DNA of 63,936 bases, the filler included, from an uncultured Methanosarcinales archaeon (GTDB taxonomy: Archaea > Nanobdellota > Nanobdellia > Woesearchaeales > CAYXTQ01), in assembly GCA_964608065.1 (NCBI GenBank). It is 10 parts of 10 records of this genome, joined end to end, with 100 filler letters (N's around TTAATTAATTAA, not from the genome) between each part and the next. Parts side by side here need not be neighbours in the genome. Positions count along the whole stretch, not along the records: positions 40,630 to 47,107 come from CAZSMA010000084.1; positions 47,208 to 53,455 come from CAZSMA010000085.1; 8 more parts are not named here. The stretch is one strand, 5' to 3'. Every line of letters starts with the position of its first letter. Positions within the stretch are counted from its first letter, which is position 1. The position numbers and the translations under genes were made by a program. A model generated the notes under the pieces. It saw only the letters and a program-made list of their open reading frames with translations, was not told where the DNA came from and ran no database searches. Below, piece after piece: positions 41,644 through 51,115 of the stretch.

Positions 41644-42791
41644 GTGTTTTTTCCCCCCTCCAATTCTGATAGCTTCTTCTGCTCCTTATCAATAATTTTT
41701 CTCTTCTTTCTTAGCTTATACACAACATGAAGCGGAAAAAACTCATAATAATTCTTGTCATCAAACCATGCGCATCTAAAGTGATAGAGGCGAATTCCAG
41801 TTAGCCTGCTTAATGCTATGGCATATAATGTAAGCTGATCAATTGGCTTTTCTTTTTGCGCAGATGGCTTAAAGTCCATTATGTAAACTAAACCATTTCT
41901 TACCTGGATTAAGTCAATATGGCCTGTGATGTATTCATTATCCTTTAATGTGACAGGGACATTAAAGTTTAGTTCATGCTTGTAATGCCTTATGTCATCA
42001 CTGTTCATTATGACAGGAACTTCAACTGCTACTGTAACAGTGTCATTAGATAACATGAAATCCTGTAATACTTGGTGTCTTAGCTTGTTGTTGGAAACTG
42101 CTTGTGTTACGAAGTTGGCTATTTTAACTGCAGTATTATTTTTTTGGGTAATTTTAACTTCATCAATATTGAATATGTTTTTGTAATCAGACATCCTTTT
42201 TGTTGGTTCTTTGAAAAGCTGATGAGGGCATTCTGCTGTTACTAGCTCTAAAAATTCCTGCAATGGTTTAAATCTGTAATGCCTGAATTCCTCATTAAGA
42301 ATCATATCTGTTTTTGCCCTGTGATACTTGAAGTGATATATTTGTTGATGGATCAACGTTGATTCTTCTATTAGTTCTTTTTGCTTGTACTTCTTTGATG
42401 CAAATTCCCTCATCCTTAGGAAAGGTGTGTATTGCTTGTATTCTTTAAGCCAGTTTGAGATGATACGGGGGCTTATCTTTATGCCGTATCTTCCTTTAAT
42501 TGTATCAGTTATTTTGTCAAGAGGTTCTAGATGGTTGTAGAGGGTTAATGAGTCTATTATTATCCTGAGAGGGTAGGTTTTGTGTTTTGTAATCAGTGAA
42601 GTAAACCTTTTATCGCAGTTTTTGCAGTAATAGATCTGGACTTTCTCGTATTTCTTTTTTCTTGCACCTCTTTTTACTATTTTGCCTTGGCAGTAGGGGC
42701 AGTTAGTGAGAGTTTTGTAGCTATTTTCAGGTGTTGTTTCTTTAGTTAATTTTTCCTGGTTAGCTTTATGGTTAGTCTTAGCACTAATCAT
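41640..42791 (-). CDS. Zn-ribbon/HTH plus PD-(D/E)XK nuclease
   Basis: CPYC...YYCKNCDKRF; TGHIDLIQ...IMDFKP...QL..YA. Confidence 0.8.
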   Translation of the reverse strand: MISAKTNHKANQEKLTKETTPENSYKTLTNCPYCQGKIVKRGARKKKYEKVQIYYCKNCDKRFTSLITKHKTYPLRIIIDSLTLYNHLEPLDKITDTIKGRYGIKISPRIISNWLKEYKQYTPFLRMREFASKKYKQKELIEESTLIHQQIYHFKYHRAKTDMILNEEFRHYRFKPLQEFLELVTAECPHQLFKEPTKRMSDYKNIFNIDEVKITQKNNTAVKIANFVTQAVSNNKLRHQVLQDFMLSNDTVTVAVEVPVIMNSDDIRHYKHELNFNVPVTLKDNEYITGHIDLIQVRNGLVYIMDFKPSAQKEKPIDQLTLYAIALSRLTGIRLYHFRCAWFDDKNYYEFFPLHVVYKLRKKRKIIDKEQKKLSELEGGKNT

Positions 42792-43777
42792 TTTTTATCT
42801 ACCCCTATTAATTTAGATTTTATTTCTTCTTCACTTGGAAGCTTGGTTTTATATTCAGCAACAAAGATTTCCTTTTTTAAATTACCTAAAGCATAATGGA
42901 CAGTTTCCTCATCTTTAGTTTTGCAAATAATTAATCCAATAGGTCGCTTTTGTCCTTCTTGCCATTTGTGTTCTTTATACCAATTAAGATATGAATACAT
43001 CTGACTTACATGAGAATGCTTAAACTTTTCAGTCTTTATTTCCACCAAAATATAGCATAACAAACCAGCGTGAAATAATTCTAAATCTACTTTATCGTAA
43101 TTGCCACCTATGAGTATAGGGGTTTCTCTTCTGCCGATAAAAAAGTTTGAGCCGAGCTCTTGCAGAAATCTTTCTAGTTTATTAAGCAACCCATTTTTTA
43201 AGTCTTCTTCTTTATATTTTGTCTTTAGTTCTAGGAAATCGAAATGATAAGTATCCTTAAATACTTCCTCTGGTTTAATTGTTAATTTCAGTGGTTTTGT
43301 TATCGTTAATTTTCCTTGTTTCTTTATCCGATAATACAACCTCTTCTTGATCTCATCTCTCAGTTTTCTTACACTCCATCTGTTGATTATTGACTGGTTC
43401 TCGTAAAAGTCTCTTTCCTGCTTATTACTTACATACATTAATTCAACATAATGAGACCAGCTTAATTGTTCAGACACTGTCTGAATAATTGGGTATGCGT
43501 TGTAGAACTTTACCATGTAGTGAAGATTTACTTTACCTAACCCTAAGTCAGTAGCTAAACGCACAATAAGTTTATCACCATAATCTGCCCTTTCTTTGTG
43601 TTGCAACTCTTCCCTTACTATTCTCTCACCTATTTGCCAGTAAGTCTGAACTTTTATATTATCTACTGCCTTATAGGCCTGAGCTCTCGCTTTGTCTAAC
43701 AAAAGATGTATATCATTAAGTACTCGGTTGTATCCTTCAAGTTTAACTATTTCTTTTTTTACCATTTTAATCACCAA
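42788..43777 (-). CDS. YhcG/DUF1016 PDDEXK nuclease
   Basis: YWQIGERI, LSWSHY, WSVRKL, KDTYHFDFL, FLQELG, VEIK, PIGLIIC. Confidence 0.92.
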   Translation of the reverse strand: MVIKMVKKEIVKLEGYNRVLNDIHLLLDKARAQAYKAVDNIKVQTYWQIGERIVREELQHKERADYGDKLIVRLATDLGLGKVNLHYMVKFYNAYPIIQTVSEQLSWSHYVELMYVSNKQERDFYENQSIINRWSVRKLRDEIKKRLYYRIKKQGKLTITKPLKLTIKPEEVFKDTYHFDFLELKTKYKEEDLKNGLLNKLERFLQELGSNFFIGRRETPILIGGNYDKVDLELFHAGLLCYILVEIKTEKFKHSHVSQMYSYLNWYKEHKWQEGQKRPIGLIICKTKDEETVHYALGNLKKEIFVAEYKTKLPSEEEIKSKLIGVDKK

Positions 43778-43853
43778 TAAAACGATAATGGCTCTAAGTC
43801 AATTTGGTAGACAATGTCTGCCATTTTTATTTTTTGTAAGTTTTTTTTTTTTT

Positions 43854-44291
43854 TCATTTCTTATCCCCATAAGTTCTATTAGTAAAAACCCTGTCCCATG
43901 CTTTTCTTAAGTTAAGGACTTTTATCTTCTGCCTTTGGTATCCTGTAAGAAGTTTATCCAGGATTTCTTTTGTTTCTTTGTTGTTTGTGAACCTTTCTCT
44001 GAATAAATCTATTTTTGTGATTGCATTGGTGATTAATGTAATTGCTTGGGTGAGTTTTTTATGCGCTAATTCTTTTGAATCAAACCTGTCTCCATAGCTT
44101 TCTGCAATTAGTTTTGGAATTTGCTCTGCTATTGCTTTAATTTCTTCATTGTCCTTTTGGAACTGAGGTTTGTTGAGGAAAGATAGGTTTGTAATTTCAT
44201 CTGATAGTTGTATTGTTTTCTGATAGACTTCTAAATCCCTAAAAGATTTAATTGGGCTTTTAACCCTGTATTTGTAATACATTTTAACCAC
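43854..44291 (-). CDS. Four-helix-bundle protein (IVP/Avd-like)
   Basis: SFRDLEVYQK...IPKLIAESY. Confidence 0.8.
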   Translation of the reverse strand: MVKMYYKYRVKSPIKSFRDLEVYQKTIQLSDEITNLSFLNKPQFQKDNEEIKAIAEQIPKLIAESYGDRFDSKELAHKKLTQAITLITNAITKIDLFRERFTNNKETKEILDKLLTGYQRQKIKVLNLRKAWDRVFTNRTYGDKK

Positions 44292-44822
44292 CTCTTTTAA
44301 TTATTAAATTAATGTTTTTGAGGAAAAATTCAGCATTTTTTATGCTTTCTTTTGCAGGCTCTAGGTTTGCCTGAGGTAATTTTTTGTAGGTGAATTTCCC
44401 TCTTTTGGATCTTTCTTTTATGAATATTCCTAAAAGCTCATCAGCTTTGACTACAATAGACTTGTATATTTTTAGAAGTTCTATATCAATTTCTCCGGAA
44501 AGAGTTAATTTCATGAAAATGCAAGTCATTTTCAGGACACCGAAAATCTCCGATTTTCGCGTGTTTCGAATTCCTCTAAAGTTTTTTTATGTTCATATGG
44601 AGGATCTGTAGCAATATTTTTTGACTTTAATATGGCTTTTGCAGAATAGAAGATACAGTAATAAGCGTTGCTTATTACGTTGCTGAAGAAAGTTGAACTC
44701 TCTTTCAATTCAAATTCCAGCTTTATTTTTTTATCTGTTGAAATCCTGAATATAGCTTTTGCTAAATTAAGTTCGTTTTTTGCCCTTTCCGTATACAATA
44801 TTTCTTTACGGTCTGAATCCAT
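44284..44822 (-). pseudogene. HEPN-domain protein disrupted by a 53-bp insertion
   Basis: AYYCIFYSAKAIL...EHKKT and R..F.Y halves rejoin in frame if 44515-44567 is removed. Confidence 0.8.
44515..44567. mobile_element. 53-bp double-hairpin miniature insertion
   Basis: TGAAAATG-5-CATTTTCA and CGAAAATC-3-GATTTTCG palindromes; 3-nt terminal duplication. Confidence 0.7.
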
Positions 44823-45414
44823 TTTTATGAGCCCCTTTTATTAACTGATAATAAATATCTCCATTGAAAAATAAAATGCGGTTTCTGAATATCTGCTTGC
44901 CCAGATTTTCTTCATCCATAAGCAGCATTTTTATGAATTCATTGAATGTTATATAATGCTCGTCAATATTTGTGCTGTGGCTTAATTTTACTTCATTGAA
45001 ATAAGGTTTAATTTTTTTTTTTTTTTGATTATTATCAACTAAAAAGCAAATATCAAAGTCAGAACTTTCTTTTTGTTTATCGCTTGCGTAGCTTCCAAAA
45101 ACAAGCAAGCAATAATCTTTTATCGGAATGCTTTTTATTGTTTCTACGATAATATCCAGCTTAGGAAAGTTTAAGTTATTTTCAGATTCTAAATACAACA
45201 ATGTTTGAATTAAAAAAGGGTTGTCCAAGTTTAATCTGTAAATATTTAAATTACCTTTTTTTTTTTTTTTTAAAAGATTATATCTTTCCAGTTCACTCAA
45301 AGCATTGAAAACCCAGGTTTTGGTTTTTTTTTTTTTTAATTCCATAATCTCAGATATACTCAAAGAATCAAATATGTTGTTTTTCCATGCTTCCAAAAGT
45401 TTTATTTTTTCCAT
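44806..45414 (-). CDS. wHTH-MNT nucleotidyltransferase (HEPN partner)
   Basis: LVFGSYAS...SDFDI. Confidence 0.88.
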   Translation of the reverse strand: MEKIKLLEAWKNNIFDSLSISEIMELKKKKTKTWVFNALSELERYNLLKKKKKGNLNIYRLNLDNPFLIQTLLYLESENNLNFPKLDIIVETIKSIPIKDYCLLVFGSYASDKQKESSDFDICFLVDNNQKKKKIKPYFNEVKLSHSTNIDEHYITFNEFIKMLLMDEENLGKQIFRNRILFFNGDIYYQLIKGAHKNGFRP

Positions 45415-45493
45415 ATTACCAGAGGTATCATTACTTATTTAAATAATTATCGTTATTTTTTTAAGTAATAACTTTTTTTGATTAATTTTTTTT

Positions 45494-45664
45494 CAATATG
45501 GAAAAGATCACCAAACAGGTTCTCATCTGATTCTTAGACATAAAGGGGAACCACATAGACGACTTACTATACCAAATCACAGAGAACTTGCAAAAGGAAC
45601 ACTTAGAGCTATAATAAGACAATCAGGTCTAACAAGAGAGGAATTTTTAGAACTTCTTGATTAA
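45494..45664 (+). pseudogene. hicA: 5'-truncated HicA toxin
   Basis: QTGSHLIL...TIPNHRELAKGTLRAIIRQSGLTREEFLELLD; no start. Confidence 0.8.
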
Positions 45665-45726
45665 ATGATAAGAACAGATGGAACTGGTAATGTAATCATC
45701 AAACTAGGCTAACCACTTAAACTTGT
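45665..45726 (+). repeat. Conserved tail after each hicA (also 46234-46278 degenerate, 46783-46844)
   Basis: Encodes MIRTDGTGNVIIKLG* / MIRTDGSGNVIRQLS / MMGMDGTGNVIIKLG*. Confidence 0.85.
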
Positions 45727-45804
45727 TTTTTTTTTTTTGCTTTTGTCTTTGAATTGAGAAAAACAACTAATTTTATATAGTAGTTAATAAACCTCTGTTT
45801 CACA

Positions 45805-46005
45805 ATGAAACTAACAATAGTATTAGAACCCCAAGAAGAGGGAGGATATACAGTTTATGTGCCTTCCTTATCAGGATGTATCTCCCAAGGAAATAGTAAA
45901 GAAGAAGCTGTTAAAAATATTAAGGAAGCTATTGAACTTTATCTAGAGCCAAATACTAATGAATTAATAGAGTATAAAGGAGAGCAAATAAAAGTAACTG
46001 TATAA
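45805..46005 (+). CDS. hicB: HicB antitoxin (short)
   Basis: EEGGYTVYVPSLSGCISQG...EEAVKNIKEAIELYLE. Confidence 0.92.
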   Translation: MKLTIVLEPQEEGGYTVYVPSLSGCISQGNSKEEAVKNIKEAIELYLEPNTNELIEYKGEQIKVTV

Positions 46006-46233
46006 TGAAGCTCCCAATTCTTTCTGGATTTGATGTGATTAAATGTCTAAAAAGAAGAGGGTTTATTGCAGTAAGACAAAAAGGCTCTCATGTGAGATTA
46101 GAGAGGTTTGATGGAGAGAAAACTATAAAGATTACTATACCATTACATTCTGAATTAAAAAAAAGGTACACTAAATAGAATAATTAAGGACGCAGGTCTA
46201 ACAAGAGAGGAATTTTTAGAACTTCTTGATTAA
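46005..46233 (+). pseudogene. hicA: HicA toxin with +1 frameshift in an A8 run
   Basis: MKLPILSG...RQKGSHV...IPLHSELKK / GTLNRIIKDAGLTREEFLELLD. Confidence 0.8.
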
Positions 46234-46349
46234 ATGATAAGAACAGATGGCAGTGGAAATGTGATTAGGCAGTTAAGTTTTTTTATTATTTTTCTAAAAC
46301 CATTAGATTTAAATATGTGTGATTATTAACAGATAGTAAGTAAACAAAA

Positions 46350-46583
46350 ATGGAATTTACAGCTGTTATTAAAAAAGGAGAAAAACAATTTGTTGCCTTA
46401 TGTCCTGAATTAGATGTAGTTAGCCAGGGTTATACAATAGAAGAAGCTATAAAAAATCTAAAAGAAGCCTGTGGACTCTATGTAGAAGAGATGGGGGTTC
46501 CTGAAGGAATTAGTTCTGAAGACATTTTAGTTACAAGTTTTGGAGTAAAAAATAATGAAGTTACCAAGACTCTCAGGACGTGA
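46350..46583 (+). CDS. hicB: HicB antitoxin (short)
   Basis: FVALCPELDVVSQGYTIEEAIKNLKEA. Confidence 0.92.
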   Translation: MEFTAVIKKGEKQFVALCPELDVVSQGYTIEEAIKNLKEACGLYVEEMGVPEGISSEDILVTSFGVKNNEVTKTLRT

Positions 46584-46782
46584 AGTTATAAAAACTCTTT
46601 CTAAATTGGGTTTTAGAATAGCAAGACAAAAAGGCAGCCACATAATTCTCGTCAAAGAATCTGCTAAAGGTAAAATAGGGGTTGTAGTACCTAATCATAA
46701 AGAGATTGATAAGGGAACTTTACTTGAAATTATAAGACAAGCAGGTTTAACAAAAGATGAATTTCTAGAACTTCTTGATTAA
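46555..46782 (+). CDS. hicA: HicA toxin (intact)
   Basis: MKLPRLSG...RQKGSH...VPNHKEIDKGTL. Confidence 0.93.
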   Translation: MKLPRLSGREVIKTLSKLGFRIARQKGSHIILVKESAKGKIGVVVPNHKEIDKGTLLEIIRQAGLTKDEFLELLD

Positions 46783-46885
46783 ATGATGGGGATGGATGGG
46801 ACTGGTAATGTAATCATCAAACTAGGCTAACCACTTAAACTTGTTTTTTTTTTTTTGTTATTTGTTTAGTTATGTATTTTATCAT

Positions 46886-47107
46886 TTACATCATACTTAT
46901 AAGTACTCTAATCTCGCACTCTTCATTGCAGCTATCAAGAGCTTTGCCAATAATAGCTCCGAAATCGTTAACAGATGCTTTTTCTGCATAACCTGGTAGA
47001 GCAGAAGAGGTGAGTAAATCAAACTTGTCAACTGGGCCTAAGACCTTGGTTTTTACAACACCCACAATACCAACAGCAACTTTTCCATCTCCCATGCCAT
47101 TGCCAAT
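46886..47107 (-). CDS. C-terminus of fibre-like surface protein, paralogous to 40682-41239 (5' part off contig)
   Basis: VGIVGVV...DLLTSSALPGYA...IIGKAL. Confidence 0.7.
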   Translation of the reverse strand: MGNGMGDGKVAVGIVGVVKTKVLGPVDKFDLLTSSALPGYAEKASVNDFGAIIGKALDSCNEECEIRVLISMM

Positions 47108-47209
47108 NNNNNNNNNNNNNNNNNNNNNNNNNNNNNNNNNNNNNNNNNNNNTTAATTAATTAANNNNNNNNNNNNNNNNNNNNNNNNNNNNNNNNNNNNN
47201 NNNNNNNCA

Positions 47210-47881
47210 TATAACAGAAAACAACAGAAGCTGACATTTGATTTTTATGCTACTAAGACAGAAAAAAAACTCAAAGAAGGAGATATTTTAGATAATAAGA
47301 TATATTGGAATGGTGTATGGAGAGAAAAAGGTTATGTAAAAGAAGATGAAATGGTATGGAGTGGTAGCAATTGGGTAACAAAAGAAGAATATGATAAGGT
47401 AAAAGAGGGGGAAGAGAAGAAAGAAGAGGATATAATACCTGTTGATGATAGATATAAATTAAGAAAAATATTTGGAAATCAACCTAATGAAGTTTATGAT
47501 CAGCTAGTTGAATTTACATTAAAAACAAAGAATAGCGAAAAAACTTTTAAAGTGCATAAAAAAGCCTTGGATGCCTTTGAAAAAGTAAATGGAGATTTAA
47601 AAGACGTTGAGTATGAATTAAAAACGGTTGGTAGTTATAATCCAAGGCTTATAGCAGGAAGTTTTGATTTGAGTTATCATGCTTTTGGTCTAGCTATTGA
47701 TGTTAATGAAGCTGATAATCCTCAATGTGCAAAAGGGGTAATTGACTGTCCTTATGATATGCCTATAGAATTTATAGATGCTTTTAGAAAAAATGGTTTT
47801 AGATGGGGTGGAGATTATAAAACTTCAAGAAAAGATCCAATGCATTTTGAATGGATGGGTTGGAACGAATTAGAAGCATAA
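47210..47881 (+). CDS. M15-family metallopeptidase domain protein (5'-truncated)
   Basis: R...SYHAFGLAIDVN...GFRWGG...DPMHFE; frame open to contig start. Confidence 0.88.
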   Translation, partial: YNRKQQKLTFDFYATKTEKKLKEGDILDNKIYWNGVWREKGYVKEDEMVWSGSNWVTKEEYDKVKEGEEKKEEDIIPVDDRYKLRKIFGNQPNEVYDQLVEFTLKTKNSEKTFKVHKKALDAFEKVNGDLKDVEYELKTVGSYNPRLIAGSFDLSYHAFGLAIDVNEADNPQCAKGVIDCPYDMPIEFIDAFRKNGFRWGGDYKTSRKDPMHFEWMGWNELEA

Positions 47882-48805
47882 TTATTCACTAACTTCTCCT
47901 GCAGACTCACAAACTTCTCCACCACTTTCTCCTTCAGAACACTCTTCAACAACATCATCTATATGTTTTCCATCTTCTGGGTTAACTTCTTCACTATCTT
48001 TTCCTATATTCTCTTCTTGTCCCCCTTTTTTTTCTTCGTATTTTGAATCTTGTTTTCTATTTTCACTTCCTTTTTCATCCTTAACTTTTGAATCTATATT
48101 TTTCCTGTTTCTTCTGCTATAAATTTTCTTTACATTATTATATCTATTTTCTGCAATATCTGCAATTTCAAGCCACATTTTCTTTTCATCTGCATTATCT
48201 GTTTCTTTACTTTTATTTATTGCATACTCAAATACTAATTCTTCAGAATATCTTTCAGCACTAAAAGGATTAAAATTATAGATTAAATTATTCACAATAT
48301 TTCTTGGGGTTTTTGGTGTATGTGCAATTTCATGCAATATAGTATGAAGCTCTACTGACTTAAAACTCTTTCCTGTTTCTCTTGCTTCTTTTGCAATAAC
48401 CTCATGAAATCCCATACTTATAGATGGAGCAGCATTTTGTGTAAACTTATCATGATAAACACCTGCAATTCTTGTTCCTGTTTTATTAATGATAACATAT
48501 CCTTCAGTCTTTGCTGTAGGTCTTCTGGTAGATTTTAGATATTGTCTGAAATCAGTTGCTTCTTTACCTGTAAACATTTTATGAGCTTTATACTCTTGGT
48601 GTTCAAAGTGCCCTCTAGTATTCATTGAATCAATATTATCCCAAACATTGAGATTATTATCCATCATCAAATATAAATCAGGATCTCCTCCTTGATATGT
48701 TATAGTAGATATATAGTTAGCTTTGTTTTTTACAGCTTTAGCTATGTTAAAATTAATTGGACTAATGTTATTCATAGGTACAGCTATTGAATATGTCATA
48801 TTCAT
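47882..48805 (-). CDS. Hypothetical protein with HEXXH motif and acidic tail
   Basis: ILHEIAH. Confidence 0.6.
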   Translation of the reverse strand: MNMTYSIAVPMNNISPINFNIAKAVKNKANYISTITYQGGDPDLYLMMDNNLNVWDNIDSMNTRGHFEHQEYKAHKMFTGKEATDFRQYLKSTRRPTAKTEGYVIINKTGTRIAGVYHDKFTQNAAPSISMGFHEVIAKEARETGKSFKSVELHTILHEIAHTPKTPRNIVNNLIYNFNPFSAERYSEELVFEYAINKSKETDNADEKKMWLEIADIAENRYNNVKKIYSRRNRKNIDSKVKDEKGSENRKQDSKYEEKKGGQEENIGKDSEEVNPEDGKHIDDVVEECSEGESGGEVCESAGEVSE

Positions 48806-48883
48806 ATTTCCAACAAGAACTAGTATTTAAACCTTTCTATTTTGTAGTTACTTATTAGTGGTTAATAATTAATGGATTAAAAA

Positions 48884-49729
48884 TTAAGCTGCCTTTTTAT
48901 CATATTTGGGTTCAGCAGTATATGTTCCTTGCGGTATAAATTTATCTTTTGCATCAATTATCTTACCTTTACCTTTTTTTCTATCATGTGATGTAGGACT
49001 TCTGTAAGTAGTTTTTCTTTGTTTTGCATATGCTAAATCTTGTGATTGAACATGAAGTCCAAAATCTTGGAAAATGTGTGTTGGTGATGCTGATTCATTG
49101 TATGCTGGTCCAAGGTGTTCTCCAGCAAGTTCCCTTAACTTATTAAAGTGTTTTATATCACTTAAAGATCTGTGTAAATCTTGTATTCTTAGTCCATCTT
49201 TATCTTTTGATAAAGCAACATAATCAATAAGACGTCTTAATGGTGAATCTTGTGCTAATTTATCGTAAGATAAATCTTCAGAATCCATCATATTTTTTAA
49301 TAATTCTTCATATGACTCAATTCCTGCTTCTTTTAGAACAGTTCTTATTCTCTTTTCATTTACTTGTTTTTTTAATTGTTCATGTTCTATACCCGGATTA
49401 ACTGATTTTTCATATTCATAAACTAGTTTAGTTACAATGTTTGATGACATTTCTAAAGCTTCTTTTTCTTCCATGCTTTCAAAGCTGTCATTATCCCCTA
49501 GTTCTTTGGCAATTATGCCCTCTAATTTTACTCTATGTTTTTTGACCCTTTTATCTCTTTTTCTTGGTTCATTTACTCTTTTCACAGGATCTATATAGTG
49601 TAGACCTGTGTATTCATCCCATAGTTCCTTAGTAAGAGTAGTATAATCTTTAGGAGGTACTCCTTTAATTTCACTTTCATCTTCCTTATCGTTAGCTTTA
49701 ACCATCTTATCATCACCTTTAACAATCAT
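48884..49729 (-). CDS. Hypothetical protein
   Basis: 281-aa ORF. Confidence 0.6.
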   Translation of the reverse strand: MIVKGDDKMVKANDKEDESEIKGVPPKDYTTLTKELWDEYTGLHYIDPVKRVNEPRKRDKRVKKHRVKLEGIIAKELGDNDSFESMEEKEALEMSSNIVTKLVYEYEKSVNPGIEHEQLKKQVNEKRIRTVLKEAGIESYEELLKNMMDSEDLSYDKLAQDSPLRRLIDYVALSKDKDGLRIQDLHRSLSDIKHFNKLRELAGEHLGPAYNESASPTHIFQDFGLHVQSQDLAYAKQRKTTYRSPTSHDRKKGKGKIIDAKDKFIPQGTYTAEPKYDKKAA

Positions 49730-49939
49730 TAACTTTATATCATCTTAATCTTCATTTAATATAAACTTTTCGCTTTTCCTACTACTTTAAAATCAATAAA
49801 AGTATTTATTTACTACTTTTTAGAGACTAAGTAATATATAAATGTTTCGGTTTTATATTGTCCTTCTAACTACAACACAGATTTAAATAAAAAAATCTGT
49901 TCTTAAACATTAGATTTTCCGGAGAATAAAACAAAACCT

Positions 49940-51115
49940 TCACAACCTCTCCTTCCTATAATCCTCAACAATCTTACCCAATAAAGCAGACTTACCTTTG
50001 CAATTATCCAACTCTTTCTTATCAACTATTGCAAGGTACTTATTCTCTTCTATCTTCAGCTTTTTAGAATCAATGAATATAAATGGCAACTCTTTAATCT
50101 TCTTGCTAATATTCTTATTATACAATATAACTCCAACTTTATTCTTCAGAAAAGAAATTGTCCTATCACTAACAATATTAGGGTCTTCTATAAGCAAAAT
50201 ATCTCCTTTCTGTATATTCAGCAAAGGATTTAATCTCTCAAACTCCCTATAACCTAAATTATCCAGTTTCTTCAGAATATAATTCGTATTAACAGAAGAC
50301 AAGAAATAAAACATCTTAGTGATTTCATCCTGTAATTTACTAATCTCTTCTTCTTTGATAGTTATCTCTCTGGAAAAATTCTGTATTCTTTTCTCCTTAA
50401 ATTTTAATAACTCCTTAGGCTGCTCTACTGACTTCAGATGATATATCTTCTTAGATAAATACTTGTATTTCTCTTTTAGATTTTTTATACCTGACTTCAG
50501 ATTATCATTATGCTCTTTTAAGATATTGTTTTCCTTAACTTGTTTCCTTAGTTTGTTATAGAGCACAAGAAAATCATTTTTATTCAAAACTTTCTCTTCT
50601 TCAACTTTCTTTATTATCTTCTCCTCCACACCAACAGACTCCTCTATTTCAGCCAAAGCATATGTCATACTTTTCTCCCTTAATATAACTACCTCAACAA
50701 TTTCGTTATACAGCCTTTGTTTTTTATGTTCTTTTACAAAATTTTTTATCTTTTTCAGCAAAGGCGTAATCTCCTTAAATGCAAACAATGCAGAAGCCAA
50801 TGCATCCATCTCATGGTCACCATCAAAATCATAATTCTTAGTATTTTTCTTCTTATCTATAACTAGTAAATCTTCATTAGGGCTAATAACCTTAGCACCG
50901 TTCTTTATAGCAAAATTCTTTACAAAATTAGGAACATTCTTCTTGTCACAACCTACAACCAATACTTTCCCTTTTTTTATTACCCTGGAAATAAGCTCAC
51001 TAAAATTAATTTGCTTAGATGACTTAACCTCTAATAAATTTCCATCTATATCTAGAACAGCATATCCTAAAGTAGTTCCTGGATCTATTCCAACAATAAG
51101 TAAATTCATAATCAC
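49940..51115 (-). CDS. DUF460 family coiled-coil protein
   Basis: IVGIDPGTT..AVLD, HEMDALASA. Confidence 0.85.
   Translation of the reverse strand: MIMNLLIVGIDPGTTLGYAVLDIDGNLLEVKSSKQINFSELISRVIKKGKVLVVGCDKKNVPNFVKNFAIKNGAKVISPNEDLLVIDKKKNTKNYDFDGDHEMDALASALFAFKEITPLLKKIKNFVKEHKKQRLYNEIVEVVILREKSMTYALAEIEESVGVEEKIIKKVEEEKVLNKNDFLVLYNKLRKQVKENNILKEHNDNLKSGIKNLKEKYKYLSKKIYHLKSVEQPKELLKFKEKRIQNFSREITIKEEEISKLQDEITKMFYFLSSVNTNYILKKLDNLGYREFERLNPLLNIQKGDILLIEDPNIVSDRTISFLKNKVGVILYNKNISKKIKELPFIFIDSKKLKIEENKYLAIVDKKELDNCKGKSALLGKIVEDYRKERL

Noticed and set aside
46157..46164. Programmed frameshift or phase variation in hicA
   Set aside because: A single extra A in a homopolymer cannot be told from sequencing error without reads
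45640..46850. CRISPR array
   Set aside because: Repeats are about 550-570 bp apart and separated by genes; no cas genes seen
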